Positions 52,430 through 64,000 of a stretch of DNA of 64,000 bases are shown here, piece after piece (the first letter of the stretch is position 1; every line of letters starts with the position of its first letter). Source of the DNA: Kondoa subrosea (taxonomy: Eukaryota); contig BCIN01000001.1 of NCBI GenBank assembly GCA_039545335.1, positions 3,041,136 to 3,105,135 on the forward strand. The letters run 5' to 3'. The notes beneath the pieces are model-generated. The model did no database searches. It was not told the DNA's origin and saw only the letters and a program-made list of their open reading frames with translations. A program made the translations under genes and the position numbers.

Positions 52430-52478
52430 GGCAGATTCGTTTGGACAGCAGGTCGGAGTACAAAGCAACAAGTCGGTG

Positions 52479-53465
52479 ATGGAATCCAGTGCGATCTCTC
52501 GCTCGCCTGAACAGTTGCAGTGAAGGCTGAATAGGATGACGTGACAGACAATGAACTCTTCAACAGCTACGAAGCAGATCTTCAAGGCATTCTAGCCAAT
52601 GTCACAGCGAAACTCACTGGAGAAGCCAAGCAAGGCAAACTTGAAGAACGGAAAGCTGTACTGAGAAGGCTTGAGATGGATCTCGACGAGGCTGATGAAG
52701 CTGTGAGTCGAGTCTGATTTTCTTCGCCTTAGCTGCTTTCCTAATGCATGGCCATAGTTCGCTCAAATGGAAATTGAAGTGCAATCACTTGATAGAGCCA
52801 TGAAATCGAAAGCTCAAGTCAAGCTACGCGGCTACAAGGCAGAACTAGCGAAGCGACATTCAGAAGTTGTGAGTTGCTCGGTATCTTTTATTGTCAAAGT
52901 TCGCTCTCACATACAATACTTAATTCAGAAACAAGCACTGTCTTCTTCAGATCGAGATGATCTACTAGGCAGCAGATATAGAGATAATCCTGATGAAGAT
53001 CTAGAAGCAAACTTGTCCTCTGAAACTCAAGCACAACGAACTCGTTTGCTGGCTGGAACAGATAAGCTGAGCGATGCTTCGAGAAGGTTAGAAGAGTCAC
53101 ATCGGATCGCTCTGGAAACGGAAGACCTTGGAGCGGATATCCTAGGCAACTTGAGAGGGCAAAGAGAACAGATCGAAGGGACAAGAGATCGATTGTATCA
53201 AGCGGACAGGAACATTGATCGAGCTAGCGGAACTCTAGGCAAGATGATCAGGAAGTGAGTTGCCTGATGCATTGTGCATGAAATGGCTGAGTCTGACGAG
53301 ATGGTTCTGATGCTTTTCGATTGCAGGATGTATCAGCAGAAGATCGTCACCGGAGCAATCATTACTGTTCTGGTTTTGTTAATGTGCGTGTTGGGCTATA
53401 TAGAACATGTTACAAGCTAACATCAATTTGGCAGACTTTTGGTAATATACTCGAAGTTTAGATAG
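52479..53465 (+). CDS. VTI1: Qb-SNARE Vti1
   Basis: LFNSYEADL Habc start, QRTRLLAGTDKL..SRRLEESHRIALETEDLGADILGNLRGQREQI SNARE motif and a C-terminal TM. Confidence 0.93.
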
Positions 53466-54084
53466 CTTTGTTATGGCTGTGGACTTTCATTCCTCGTGTA
53501 TTAGCTGTATCTTTATCTGCATCGTCGTTGTGGTCGCTTGTCTTGCTTCAGTCTCAGTTCAGCTCGGACTACAACCTCAAACGAAAACGAATATCGTGAT
53601 TCTAACGAAGCAATGCAATATGCACACGAGAACGAATCATACAGCATAAATACAAATCTAATTCTACTCCTCCTTTCTGATCTCAATGAGCTGCCCATCG
53701 TCACCTTCCTCTGCTGTTTCCTCAATCCTTCTTCGGTGTAAATCTTCTGGTCCTGCTTTGACTGCTTTTGCTACTGCCCAAGCTAGTACGCAAAAGAATC
53801 TCAGCCAGATGAAGAGGACGAGTACTTGCGCCCATATTAGGGTTGCAGCTCGATGGGCCAAAGTTCGCGGATGATAGCGAGCTCGAGTAGTCAGAGGCCA
53901 GTACGTATTGTTCTTGGCTACTTGTTTCTCAGCTTGAACTTCTTCCCATTCTTCATCTATTTGCGGATTGAAGGACACTTTGCGAGCTGAAGGAGGCAAA
54001 GATTCTTTGATGCTGGCTAGTTCATCTATCAAAGTTTCACCTGAAGCGATGCTGTCTCTTTTGGTTCGCAAGGGTTGTAAAGCT
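53279..54084. repeat. Left arm of a diverged inverted duplication (partner 63335-64000+)
   Basis: The reverse complement of 63335-64000 aligns collinearly over VTI1 introns and exons, the intergenic spacer and the neighbouring gene's 3' end. Confidence 0.9.
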
Positions 54085-55922
54085 CGAATGAGGGAAGAGC
54101 GCTTCTTCTTTCTGTTCCTCGCTACTGGAATTGAATCGAAATGGCTTCGAGGTGATAGCTCCGGTTCATCTTGCCAGTCCAAAGAAAGATTCGATTGAGT
54201 AGTCTCTAAAGCCGCTACGACATCTGGATGTCGATGAAAGGGCGGAATAGGTGACATAAACCCAATCTCTTCTTGTTCATCTTCAGAGTCGAAATTGACT
54301 TGACCCAATTCTGCATGCAAAGATCGAACATTGCGTTCTAAAGAACCGAAAGGCGAGGCGGTAGAAGAACTTTCACTGTCGTTGACTGACCCTGGAGTGA
54401 AGCCAGTTGCCAAATGAGAGTTGCTCAATCGGCTTCTTTTAGTCGGTGAGTAATTCGAATTGCTCGTAGAAATAGATACATTGGATGGCGAATCAGCATC
54501 TGGGGTCGAAGGTCTTCTTACTGTACTTCTGTCGGGAGAGAGTCGGGAAAACCCAGCCTGCTAGTAATACTGTTAGTAAGACCTAGTGGTAGACAAGAGA
54601 CACTGACCATCGGCCGATTTCTCAATTTCCTCTCTTGCTTTAACATATCCTCTTGAGCCCGTATAACTTCTTCTGCTTCATCGAACCTTCTTCTCAAATC
54701 AAGAAGTTGGTCTTGCGCTTGTATCCACCTTGAAGTGATCGCGTTTTGATCTTGAGCAAGCACTAGATTCTTGTCTTCCAAATCTGCTATTTTGGACAAC
54801 AGTTGTACAATCATGGGGTTGTCTGGATCAGGTGCTTCGGTAGCTGCGGTTAAATGTGAAGGAGATTCAGATGCAGTGATGGTCCTATCTCTGACATGTC
54901 GAATTGCACGAGTAGGAGTCGCGGAAGCCAGCTCGCCTGCAGATGTTTTAGGAGACCCAAGATCAGTGGTTGGTTGAGGATGTTCTGGCGAGTCGAAGAG
55001 AGAACGCTGACGGTGATCTACTAAATTCGAAACAGTTTCAGAAGATGATCTTCTAGATCTGATATCCACTAAAGCACGAGCTTGAATTTTGGTCTCCAGT
55101 TCTTCGTTTCGCGTAAGAACCCTTTCGTAGTCTTGCTTCAAATCATTCAGATCTCTCTCTATTCTTGATAACTTCCTCTTGGCTTGAGCTGTGTCTCTTG
55201 CAGCTTCCGCTTCCAGGTCTTCAATCGTATTGAGTAATTCCGCATTGATAGAAGCTAGATTGCCAGCCGTTTCTACTGAAGGAGACATTCGACTTATAGA
55301 ATGTGTATCGATGGTAGAGACGCTAGAGATGGAAGAGCGAGCTGAAGAATAGCGTCGGGAATGAGATCTTCTGCGATACATAGGTGAAACAGGTCGAATT
55401 GAAGTATTGCTAGAAGAGATAACGTGTTGCTGAGGTGTTAAATGATTGTTTGACTCTTCCTCGTCCGTTTCCCAAGTGACTTGCGCCTTCTTTTTCCGCT
55501 TGATATTCGGTTGGGAGTTTGATGTTGCGAATAACGTTGCGATCGAAGGCGACAAGACGAGAGGCGGAGTGCGCAGGAAAGAAGAGCTTTGTTGTCTACT
55601 GCGGAGATCATTGTTGTGTTGCAATAAGGACTGGCCTACTTTAGCTACCGTTGCAAGATCTGTACATTCCAAAACAAAATTGACAATGCACATGAGCAAT
55701 TGCTTTGAACAGAAAGATGTAAATTTGGAAAAAAAAAACCAGACAGAAGACAAAGATAGTACATGCGCACCAAAAGGCCAGAGACGAGACAAGACAGCGA
55801 AAGTTACCTTGCTCTTTCTGACGGATGATCTCGTCTGCTTTCAACAGCAAAGCCTCAAGTTCAGCTCTTGATCGTTTCTGAAGCTCGCTCGCGTCCAGTG
55901 CCGCCTGTCCAGAGCTGTCCAT
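53664..55922 (-). CDS. Hypothetical coiled-coil protein with C-terminal hydrophobic segment
   Basis: Three exons. N-terminal EQ|DLATVAKVGQSLLQHN, two further heptad regions and C-terminal LIWAQVLVLFIWLRFFCVLAWAVA. Confidence 0.75.
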
Positions 55923-56681
55923 CCTTGCTCGTCTTGACGGAAACCACTTTCTCCTTTCGAGCCCAATCTCTTGCTCCTTCCCGCTCAGTTTTATAGTTTA
56001 GAGTATCATCCAATGGCCATAAAGATCCACAGCTTATCGAGTCTTCTATGAGCTTGCGCTACCTCGTTTTACGAAAACGTTATCGCTGCTTGAAAACAAT
56101 AAGCAATCTGCTTTATTACATAATGTACGACAATCATTGTTGCTACTGGCATCGACAATGTTCCCGGCCCGTTGACTGCACTATACTACCGATGCCCAAG
56201 TAATCATAGCCTTCTTCCAGCTGTTGATCCCACAGAAATCATGTGCACTGAAGGAGCTGTATAATCATTGTTGTGATGGTCAGACTTTGATCGATCAATC
56301 TGTTCGAGATGATTGTCGCGAGCACAGACGTGCATTGCGAACACGCAAAGGCAGATCTGATAGAAATGCGAGTATCCAAAGTCGTGCCAGCTATGGAAAG
56401 CAACACCAAGAGGAGAATAGAGAGATCAGATCAGCATAGCAAGCATGCTGTGAACCTCAGACTGCGTCCGGACATGATACTCAAGATGAGCGGGCAGTCA
56501 ACGAAACGAATATTTGGCGTAGAAGAGACAGAGAATTGCCGCGATGGATAGAAGTCATCTTCATACAGTATATTCATCTAAGGTATCGAAATGCGTTCTA
56601 CCGACCGCACATGAGCTTATTTAGATCAATAGATCGAAGGAAAACTCACTATACAATGTCTCTTGAGCATGATGGATAGCC

Positions 56682-57011
56682 TCACACCTGGTCCAACACA
56701 CTGTCCATACTCTTGCCTATCTTCTTTACGAAATGAAACCTTTTTGTCGCAGAGACTGGTTTACCCAATTGTATAATGACTTGATCTCCCAATTGACAGG
56801 CATTTGTAGGATCGTGCGTTTGATACTTCTTCGTCCTTATCATGACCTGTTCAACTTTATATCAGAACACAGCCAAATTTCAGATCAAATGCTCAGAACT
56901 CACTTTGCCCACGCCTGGGTGCATAGCTCTCCTTGTGACCGTTACAGCTACCGTCTTCTGCATTTTCCCTACACTAGTGACCACTCCTTTCATAGCCAAC
57001 GGTCCGCTCAT
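56682..57011 (-). CDS. MRPS17: Mitochondrial ribosomal protein uS17m (2 exons)
   Basis: MSGPLAMKGVVTSVGKMQKTVAVTVTRRAMHPGVGK|VMIRTKKYQTHDPTNACQLGDQVIIQLGKPVSATKRF is an S17 signature. Absent from the ORF track. Confidence 0.9.
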
Positions 57012-57076
57012 CTTCGCTTTCAGTTTAAAGTATTCGTTCCAGGTTGACCTCAAACCACACCCAGACTTTAGAAGGG

Positions 57077-59024
57077 ATGCAATACCCCACGTCTGCTAAA
57101 TATGCAGGTCGTAATTACACCGATTATATCCTCACAGCACCAGATAACCCAGATAACGCTTTAAATCAATGGTCACACAACTTAATGAAGTTACAACCTG
57201 CTGGATCAAACAAGACTGTAGATCCTAGACTGTTTACTACACCTGTTACTTTAAACAGAAGGGACGAGTACACTCTCAGAGGAACAGAACAACGTGTAGC
57301 TATGAAAGTGGATCCGAAATACAACGCTGTCACTATTGCTTCTGATAAATCTAATACTACTAAAGAAGAAATGGATGAATCTCTTGTTGCTCCTGCTCCT
57401 GGTAAAAAACCTGGTGCTCCTGTTGTAGAAAAGAAAAGAAATCCTTGGTTACAAAAGAAGACTCAAAGAGTTTACCAGACTGAAGCTTCTGCTATAGCTA
57501 GACAAATTGCAAGGGAAGAAAGGAACCCTTGGTTGTTGGAAGATGGTACAGAAGAAACTGCTAAAGGTCATCAACGTTGGATTGGAAAGATTGAAGGTGG
57601 TTCTGGTAGGTTAGGTGGTTTAGATGATGGTGCAACAGGTGGAACTTCTGCTACAAAAGGAGGCAACTATATGCTCTTTGTCATGGACGATAGGAAACAG
57701 AATGATATGTCCATGCAAGTCTTACCTGTTAATCGATGGTACAAATTCATTCCTAAACCTTTGGTCAAGAACCTTGATGCGGAAGAAGCAGAAAGGGAGT
57801 TTACTAAACGCGCTAAAGCTAAACAAGAAGATCGATGGGGTGTAAGGAACAAGAAATTAGATGAAGCTAGATCAAGAGGCGAAAGTGTCGGACCTTCCAA
57901 TGGTAGAGTCAAGAGCGAAGTCAAAGTTGAAGAAGAGCTTGCTCCTCAGCGTACATTCTCTGCTATTCATGGCGAAAGAACTACCAACCGGTCCAATGCT
58001 GCTTCTCGCTTGCAATCAGCTCGAGGCGGAGGTGATGAAGATCAATACGATGAGTTTGATTTCGAAGACGAGTTTCAAGACGATGAAGAAGGTGCTGGAC
58101 AGTATGGTGATGATGCTATGGATGCAGATGAGGCCAAAGAGCTGGAAGAGCGTATCAAGAAGAATCAAAGAGGTGCCGTGCCCTTTGGTGAAGTTGAGCC
58201 AGTAGATGAAGATGTGGATCCCGATGACGAACGTCAACTTGATCCAACTGGAAAACAAGCCAAGAAATTGCTGAAGAAACTCGAGAAGCGCTTAGAATAC
58301 GAATCAGCATCCGATGATGACGATCGACGTAATCCTTATGCGAGCGAGGTAAGCTACAAGCAGGTTATGCGATTTTTAATCTGACTATATGAGCAGGCCG
58401 AGTCTGATGACACAGAAGCTTCTTCACCAGCTAAACCTGATGGAAATGTTTCTGCCCTCAAAGCATCTACGTCTAAACTGTCTTCCGTTCCGCCAGGCAT
58501 GTCATCGAAAGCACGCATCACCAATACTTCACGACCTTCTTCCCTACCTCCCTCTCGTTCTGGCTCACCTGCTCCTACTTCCGCTATGGTTGCCAAAAGA
58601 GCCACCTCGCCTCGTGCGTCAGGATCAGGCTCAAACAGCAAACCCAATTCCAGAGCTGCTTCACCTACTGCTACGGGAAGTAAACGAAAAGCAGATGCCG
58701 GATCAGAAGAAGAAGGCGGAGGAACGAGCAAAAAAGCCAAAGTTGCAGTGGACGACAGCGTTAAGAAGACTCTTACTGGTCAAGTATTGGTCCAATTCGT
58801 CCAAAGTGCGAAGACTCCGGGGGACGCTAGCGTAACTCAGGTAGGCCCATTAACGAATCGAGTTGACTGACGGACAAGCTTACATTCGTGTCCAGTTATT
58901 GAAGTATATTAAGACTAAACTGAAAGTTAACCCTCGTGATGCTGGCGTCATGCCACACATTCAGGCTTTGATCAGAGAGAACTTGGTGTTGGTAGATGGG
59001 ATTTTAACCTTGAAAGGAGAGTAA
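57077..59024 (+). CDS. TFG1: Transcription initiation factor TFIIF large subunit (RAP74/Tfg1)
   Basis: FTTPVTLNRRD, KKTQRV, REERNPWLLED, WIGKIEG, YMLFV, PVNRWYKF, an acidic EFDFEDEFQDDEE region and a C-terminal winged-helix-like segment. Confidence 0.85.
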
Positions 59025-59125
59025 AGCTACGAATAGCATTAATTCTTTCGTGTGTATATTCAATTGCATGTATTACCATTGCCAATTATCATACAGTGCA
59101 TAAATGTGCCCTCATTTGCGATACG

Positions 59126-59593
59126 TCAATAGGTAGTATGTCTGCGATTCGATCTTCTTCCTCCACTGCGTGAACGTTTGAGTACGTGCAGCAAGCAAGG
59201 CCAAAGACTTACAGATGCAAAAGGCTGCGAATACGAGTACTCAGTCGTTCTTTAGCCTGTTTTGAGTATATCAGCCACGCAACGACATAAAACAGAGGAA
59301 CCTACTGGAATGCCTCTAGAGTGTAATTCATGCACAGCCGATTTCCGCGTAGCATGCTGTTCCAGAGGCTCAGTTTTGATCTATCCTGTCAGATGAATGC
59401 CCAACATGAAGTCTTGGGTTGTTTGCTTGTACTGAAACTAGTGTTAGAATGCTGCTGATTCTGAAGAAAGACTCAACGGACTCAAGAGATTGGCATCGCT
59501 TCCAGTCACACGGTGGTGAGAATGTTTCCCAGATGGCTGATGCTTTCGAATCGCAGAGGTGCGAGGAGTAGTGCGACGAGAACGACCAAACAT
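59126..59593 (-). CDS. Small basic protein, Con-6-like (5 exons, ~90 aa)
   Basis: Four short GT-AG introns join MFGRSRRTTPRTS...HRVTGSDANLL|IQANNPRLH|HATRKSAVHELHSRGIP|AKERLSTRIRSLLHL|GGRRSNRRHTTY*. Confidence 0.6.
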
Positions 59594-59850
59594 GATTTTC
59601 TTGTGCTGTTATGTGTAGAAAGCTGATGAGGAATAGGCAAATCAGAGTGAGAGGAGGAAAGACCAAAAAGCCAAGCTTTGCAGAGTCACAGAGACGTCAT
59701 GGAATGTAAGGGCTGAAACACGTAAACATAAAAGAAAGAATGGAAGCCTCGCTCAAAACCGGAACACGCGAGATAAATGAGGCGACGGATAGGCCAGAGA
59801 ATGCATGATGTGAGAGTGAGAATGTCATGCCTAAGACTGGAGAAATGCAT

Positions 59851-61816
59851 TCATTCGCCATAACTTGAAAATAGTAAACTAAGGTCGAATGAATCAGCTA
59901 TCGCAAAGTTATATACAGTCGCACGTACCTTGCCGCAAGCTCAGCATTACCTCCAGCCGAATCTAGCAGCTTTATCGCCTCCGCTCTCGGCACGCCCAAT
60001 GCGACCAAACTTTGTATCGACGCTTCAGCATGACCTGAATTTGTCGGCGCCTGACTGGGTGCTGGAGCGGAGGGAAAAGGAGTAGGAGCTAAACTGTTGC
60101 CCGATCCGCTGAAGGGTGTGAAAGAGGTAGAAGAAGGGGCGCCTTTAGCTGCTGTATTTGCTGCTGCCGCAGCTCCAAGTGCACTCGTACTGCTGGAAGC
60201 TGCTGCTGACCCTTCTGGTAACTTGATGTTGCCTTTGCTGTACACCAGTTACAATTGGCTGATGTCACAAAGACAACGATTGACTTACTCGTCGACCTCG
60301 ACTTCTTCATCACCAAAATTCGGCAGCTCGTGTTCTGGTAGAAAGTGTACTCTTCTTCCTTGGATGACTAGTTCATCTTTCTCTAGATCGATGATAGCTT
60401 GATGACGCTTTAGCATATCCAGGCCAAACAGGAGGTCGACGCCTTTACCCTGATAATACTTGAGAGAGGGCGGTCCTGACGCGTACGCGAAGCTTACCTC
60501 CATGATAGTGAAGGCGCACGCGAGATAGAGATCTGATCCCAGCTTGATTTGCGCGCTATGAACTCGACCCAGAATCTTTGCCGTTCCAACACCTCGTGCG
60601 ATACCAGCAAAGCGCTTATCCAATAGTCTCATAAGACTGTATGTCACAAATGGGTTCAATGAGATTGTCTCATTGAAGCTGCCGTGACATACCCGCATGC
60701 TTCTGCACACTCGGGACTCATTATTGTAGCTTGAGCTCCAGAGTCGACAAACTGGTAACAATCGTCAAGAGAGAGCCAGCGAGAACTGTGCAGAGCTTAC
60801 TGCTTTGATCTTGTATCCGTTTACTTCAGTCGGAATATACAGCATGGTTACACGACCGAAGGATTCAGGTGAGTATTCCTGTGAGAACGCTATTTTAGCA
60901 ATTCCTCAAGGAAGAGATACTTGCCAACCCACCATAGCATGCTCCATGTTCTGCAGACAGATCAGGTCAGATTCATGCCCTGTAAGTTATGAAAGCACGA
61001 ACTTCTAGTATCGCTTCTTGCCGAATCGCCTCTTCTATCTGTTTCTGGGCCTCAACATCAAAAGGATCCGCATTCCTGTTTCAGCATTAGCATATATCAG
61101 CGATATAGACGGGCAGGACTGACAGGGTAGCGATGCTTCTCTGACGTTGTTGCGCTGCGTTGTTCTGCATCTGCTGTAATTGAGGTAGCCTTTGATTATG
61201 CCTTGAGACTAGGTCACACTTGGTTCCTGCGCATGGTACCTACAATTGACGGAACCGCTGCGGGTTGTTTTCTGCCGCAGTCGCAAGTTCAGGGAAAGCC
61301 TGTAACGGTCCGAAAATCCATTAGCCGATAAGACAGCTTTGATCCCCGGACACCTTACCTGCTTGAGCCTAGCCATAAGATCGCTATTGCCAAGTAACTG
61401 CAACCGCATCTGTTCTGCTTCATCATTTGAAGGCAGCGGTCCAGATCCAGCAGAAGAAGAAGATGGACCACTAGACGAGGATGCTGAGGGACCATCAGAG
61501 CGTAATAGAATCATATCATCGTTCTGAATCCCAAAATCCTAGAAAGCATCATATAAGCAATCCATCGAGTCTTGAGCTGCAGAGCTGACTTTCAGCGTCC
61601 TGGTAGCACCCTTGAGTTCATTGCCATTGTGTAGCAACGTCTGTGCGGAAGGTGGGATCCCTGTTTCTGCTTCCTGTTGCTATGAAATCAGTCTTACTAG
61701 TTTTGGCCTAGCTCTCCATAGCTGACCAGCAGAGCGTTCACGTCCTGCAGTTGCATCTCTTCGCCTACATCGATCTGCGAGCTATCGCCAGCTTCAGACA
61801 CAATCAGTAAATGCAT
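59851..61816 (-). CDS. DDI1: DNA-damage-inducible aspartic protease / ubiquitin shuttle Ddi1
   Basis: N-terminal [32 protein letters not shown], catalytic [19 protein letters not shown] and a C-terminal UBA. Confidence 0.96.
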
Positions 61817-61895
61817 TGTCACGTCGTTTGGGTCAAAGAGAGTAGAGCCGCGTAATCTCAAATGTTTACATTGACAGGTAACACACTATCCAAGA

Positions 61896-63117
61896 TCACA
61901 ATCTACCTATATATAACAGTATGGCCATCGATAGTGCCAATACGATCAATGTCGGCCCAATCTTTGCGTGATCTGCTCCTGCACACTGAAAGAATTGAGC
62001 GTAAGGCGCATAAGGACTGTCCATAGGTATCTTGCAGTTGGATCCTTCTGCGAACTGCTGCTGACCTTTGGTCGACGGAGAAGAAGAAGAGCTGGAATCC
62101 GAATCTGAATCGTTCGAAGAACTTGTCGACTGCGCACTTGCAGTAGAAGAAGCTTGATCATCGTCACCGTTGGAGGTTGTGCTATTTGATGCTCCACCAC
62201 TTGCGCCTGTGAAATCGGAGAATGTCATTGTAACACTGGCTGAAGCGAGACTGTTCGAGACATGAGTACTTTAGGCATACATTGGTACGACTTAGCCCAC
62301 TCATGGAAGCCAAAAGTATTGCCAGCGGGTGCTTGCGTCGCTCGAACACCAATGAAGTCCATCGAATCAAGCGTCCAAGCTTTTGAATCGGTTGCTGTCG
62401 TTGTATAAGATGGTGATAGAGCTCGAGTAAAGGCTAAAAAGAAGTCAGCTGTAGCGTTCGGAAGGACGAATGTCGCTGACCAACTACAGCTACAGCATCT
62501 CCCGCTTTGCTGCACATTGCATCAAAACCAGAGCGAAATCACTTGCCGATGGTCCAGCATCTCCAGGATCCTCCTAAAGAGCGATGAGTCCTGGTCGATG
62601 GCAGCGGTTCATGACTTACATAGGCTGTCAGAGCTTTCCGATGACTAATCTGCCATTTGCCTCCGTATTGCCAAACCAAGAGCGGATCCGCTGCCATAAG
62701 AATAAGTCATGCAGAGTGATCTTCAGCCAGGAAACTCACTGCCTATCATGCCTGTCCCTTCACCACATCCAGCCCATCCTATATCTTTCGCCGTAGCTCC
62801 TGCACTGCCCTGTGACTTCTCATCAGACTATTGCTTAGACAAGGTGATGTGGACTGACTGCATCCGACATAGTCAAGACGACTAAAGCTTTCTTTCCAGC
62901 TGGATCTCCAACAATTTCAATATCCATCGCACTGAGAGAGATCCGAAATCAGCTTCCAATCCTACCAAAGGGGTCATAATCAAGCTTACTTTTGCGCTGA
63001 CTGTTTAGCATATTTGAGACCTGTACTAGTCCCTAGGGCTGCTTTGGCTTGATCTAATGTTATTGCCGCTTGAGCGATTTGCAACAAAGTATAGAAGATC
63101 GCTAAGTAATGCAGCAT
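61896..63117 (-). CDS. Secreted, probably GPI-anchored DOMON/CBD9-like protein
   Basis: Signal peptide MLHYLAIFYTLLQIAQA, motif IGWAGCGEGTGM, a Ser/Thr-rich stalk and a hydrophobic C-terminus LIVLALSMAILLYIGRL. Confidence 0.65.
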
Positions 63118-63334
63118 GGCTCGCGGCAGACCAGCAATTGCGCTGATACGGATAGACTCTAGTGTATGGATATCGTCGTAGTTTACAATTGAAATATGAC
63201 AAGCATGATTACGAACAGAAGAGGTTGGCCAGAAGATGACTTCGGATTCGAATAGGAAAAGATGAGAGTGCACAGCCTTGTCTCGCGCGGAGTCGAGACA
63301 AAGGATTGATACGGACAGCTGCTTTTAGCTGTTT

Positions 63335-63626
63335 AGCTCTGCGACCGTTGCGAACCGAAAGAGACAGCATCGCTTCAGGTGACCGATAAATTCGCCAGCG
63401 TCAATCTTTGCCTGCTTCAGCTTGCAAAGTGTTTTGAAAGGCGCAAATAGATAGAGCATGGACAGAGGGAAAATTTGAGAAGTAAGTAGCGAAGAACACG
63501 TACTGGCCTTTGACTGCTCGTGCTCGCTGTCATCTGCGAACTTTGGCACATCGGGCCGCAACACAACTAGAAACGGCGGAGGAAGAAGACGCTGCGCAGC
63601 TCATCGATATTGAAAAGAAGGAGTAG
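63335..63626 (+). pseudogene. Decayed duplicate of the 3' end of the coiled-coil/TM gene (53664-54084)
   Basis: ALRPLRTERDSIASG..NTYWPLTARARCHLRTLAHRAAT..QLIDIEKKE* aligns to the parent. It has in-frame stops and deletions, including the hydrophobic helix. Confidence 0.85.
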
Positions 63627-63813
63627 ACGTACATTTGTATTTAGGCTGTGTGTACATATTGCATTGCTCCATTGGAATCAGATGTCGGTTCTCGTCCAGA
63701 GTCTTGTTCTACGCTTGAATATGATTCGAGCAGGACAAGTAACCATGGCACGACGATGCAGATAGAGATACAGGTAATACATGACAGGATGAGAGTCCGC
63801 GGCCACGAGCAAC

Positions 63814-64000
63814 CTATCTAAATTTCGAGTATATGACCAAAAGTCTGCCGAATATATATTAGCTTGTAACATATTCGCAGTGACCAAGCACGTACATCAG
63901 CAACACCAGAACAGTAATAATTGCTCCAGTGACGATCTTCTGCTGATACATCCTGCATTCGAAAAGCATCAGAACCATCTCGTCAGACTAAGCCATTCCA
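63814..64000 (-). CDS. VTI1: Second VTI1 copy, last two exons (truncated by window edge)
   Basis: Encodes MYQQKIVTGAIITVLVLL|ILLVIYSKFR*, identical in protein to the last two exons of the first copy, with conserved splice sites. Confidence 0.8.

Noticed and set aside
55950..56600. Possible snoRNA or small gene downstream of MRPS17
   Set aside because: No canonical C box paired with a D box and terminal stem, and no convincing spliced ORF.
1..64000. Mating-type locus as the explanation for the duplications and pseudogenes
   Set aside because: No STE3 receptor, CaaX pheromone precursor, homeodomain pair, STE20 or STE12 was recognised in the window.
53279..64000. Active flip-flop invertible switch between the inverted repeats
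   Set aside because: The arms are substantially diverged with indels, unlike the homogenised repeats of actively inverting loci, and no recombinase gene is present.
1..64000. Transposons, tRNA/rRNA genes, CRISPR arrays or a secondary-metabolite cluster
   Set aside because: No transposase or RT motifs, LTR/TIR pairs, cloverleafs or repeat-spacer arrays were seen. The SDR, GNATs and oxygenase are scattered and there is no backbone synthase.

Overview
Gene-dense, intron-rich fungal nuclear DNA; gene content and short (~45-62 nt) introns point to a basidiomycete (inference). Splicing exons by hand gives about 32 protein-coding loci. Housekeeping genes include SSS1/Sec61-gamma, NSE3, RFC4, ADE5,7, WHI2, RPA190, DRG1/RBG1, EF2, prefoldin 6, VTI1, MRPS17, TFG1 and DDI1. 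Several small genes are missed or fragmented in the ORF track (CREG-like, YbjQ-like, uS17m, Con-6-like). No tRNA, rRNA, CRISPR or transposase was seen. Highlights: (1) a probable 1-nucleotide exon in DRG1; (2) long hairpins in the oversized introns of DRG1 and SSS1; (3) at least seven GC-AG introns; (4) a diverged inverted duplication (53279-54084 vs 63335-64000) with a VTI1 3' end differing only synonymously plus a decayed piece of its neighbour; (5) an intron-retaining copy of the EF2 3' end; (6) two frameshifted accessory genes; (7) three divergent gene pairs with only 49-65 bp between start codons; (8) an uncharacterised coiled-coil protein with a CC1-box-like motif and a C-terminal hydrophobic segment. 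All gene models are manual and lack RNA support.
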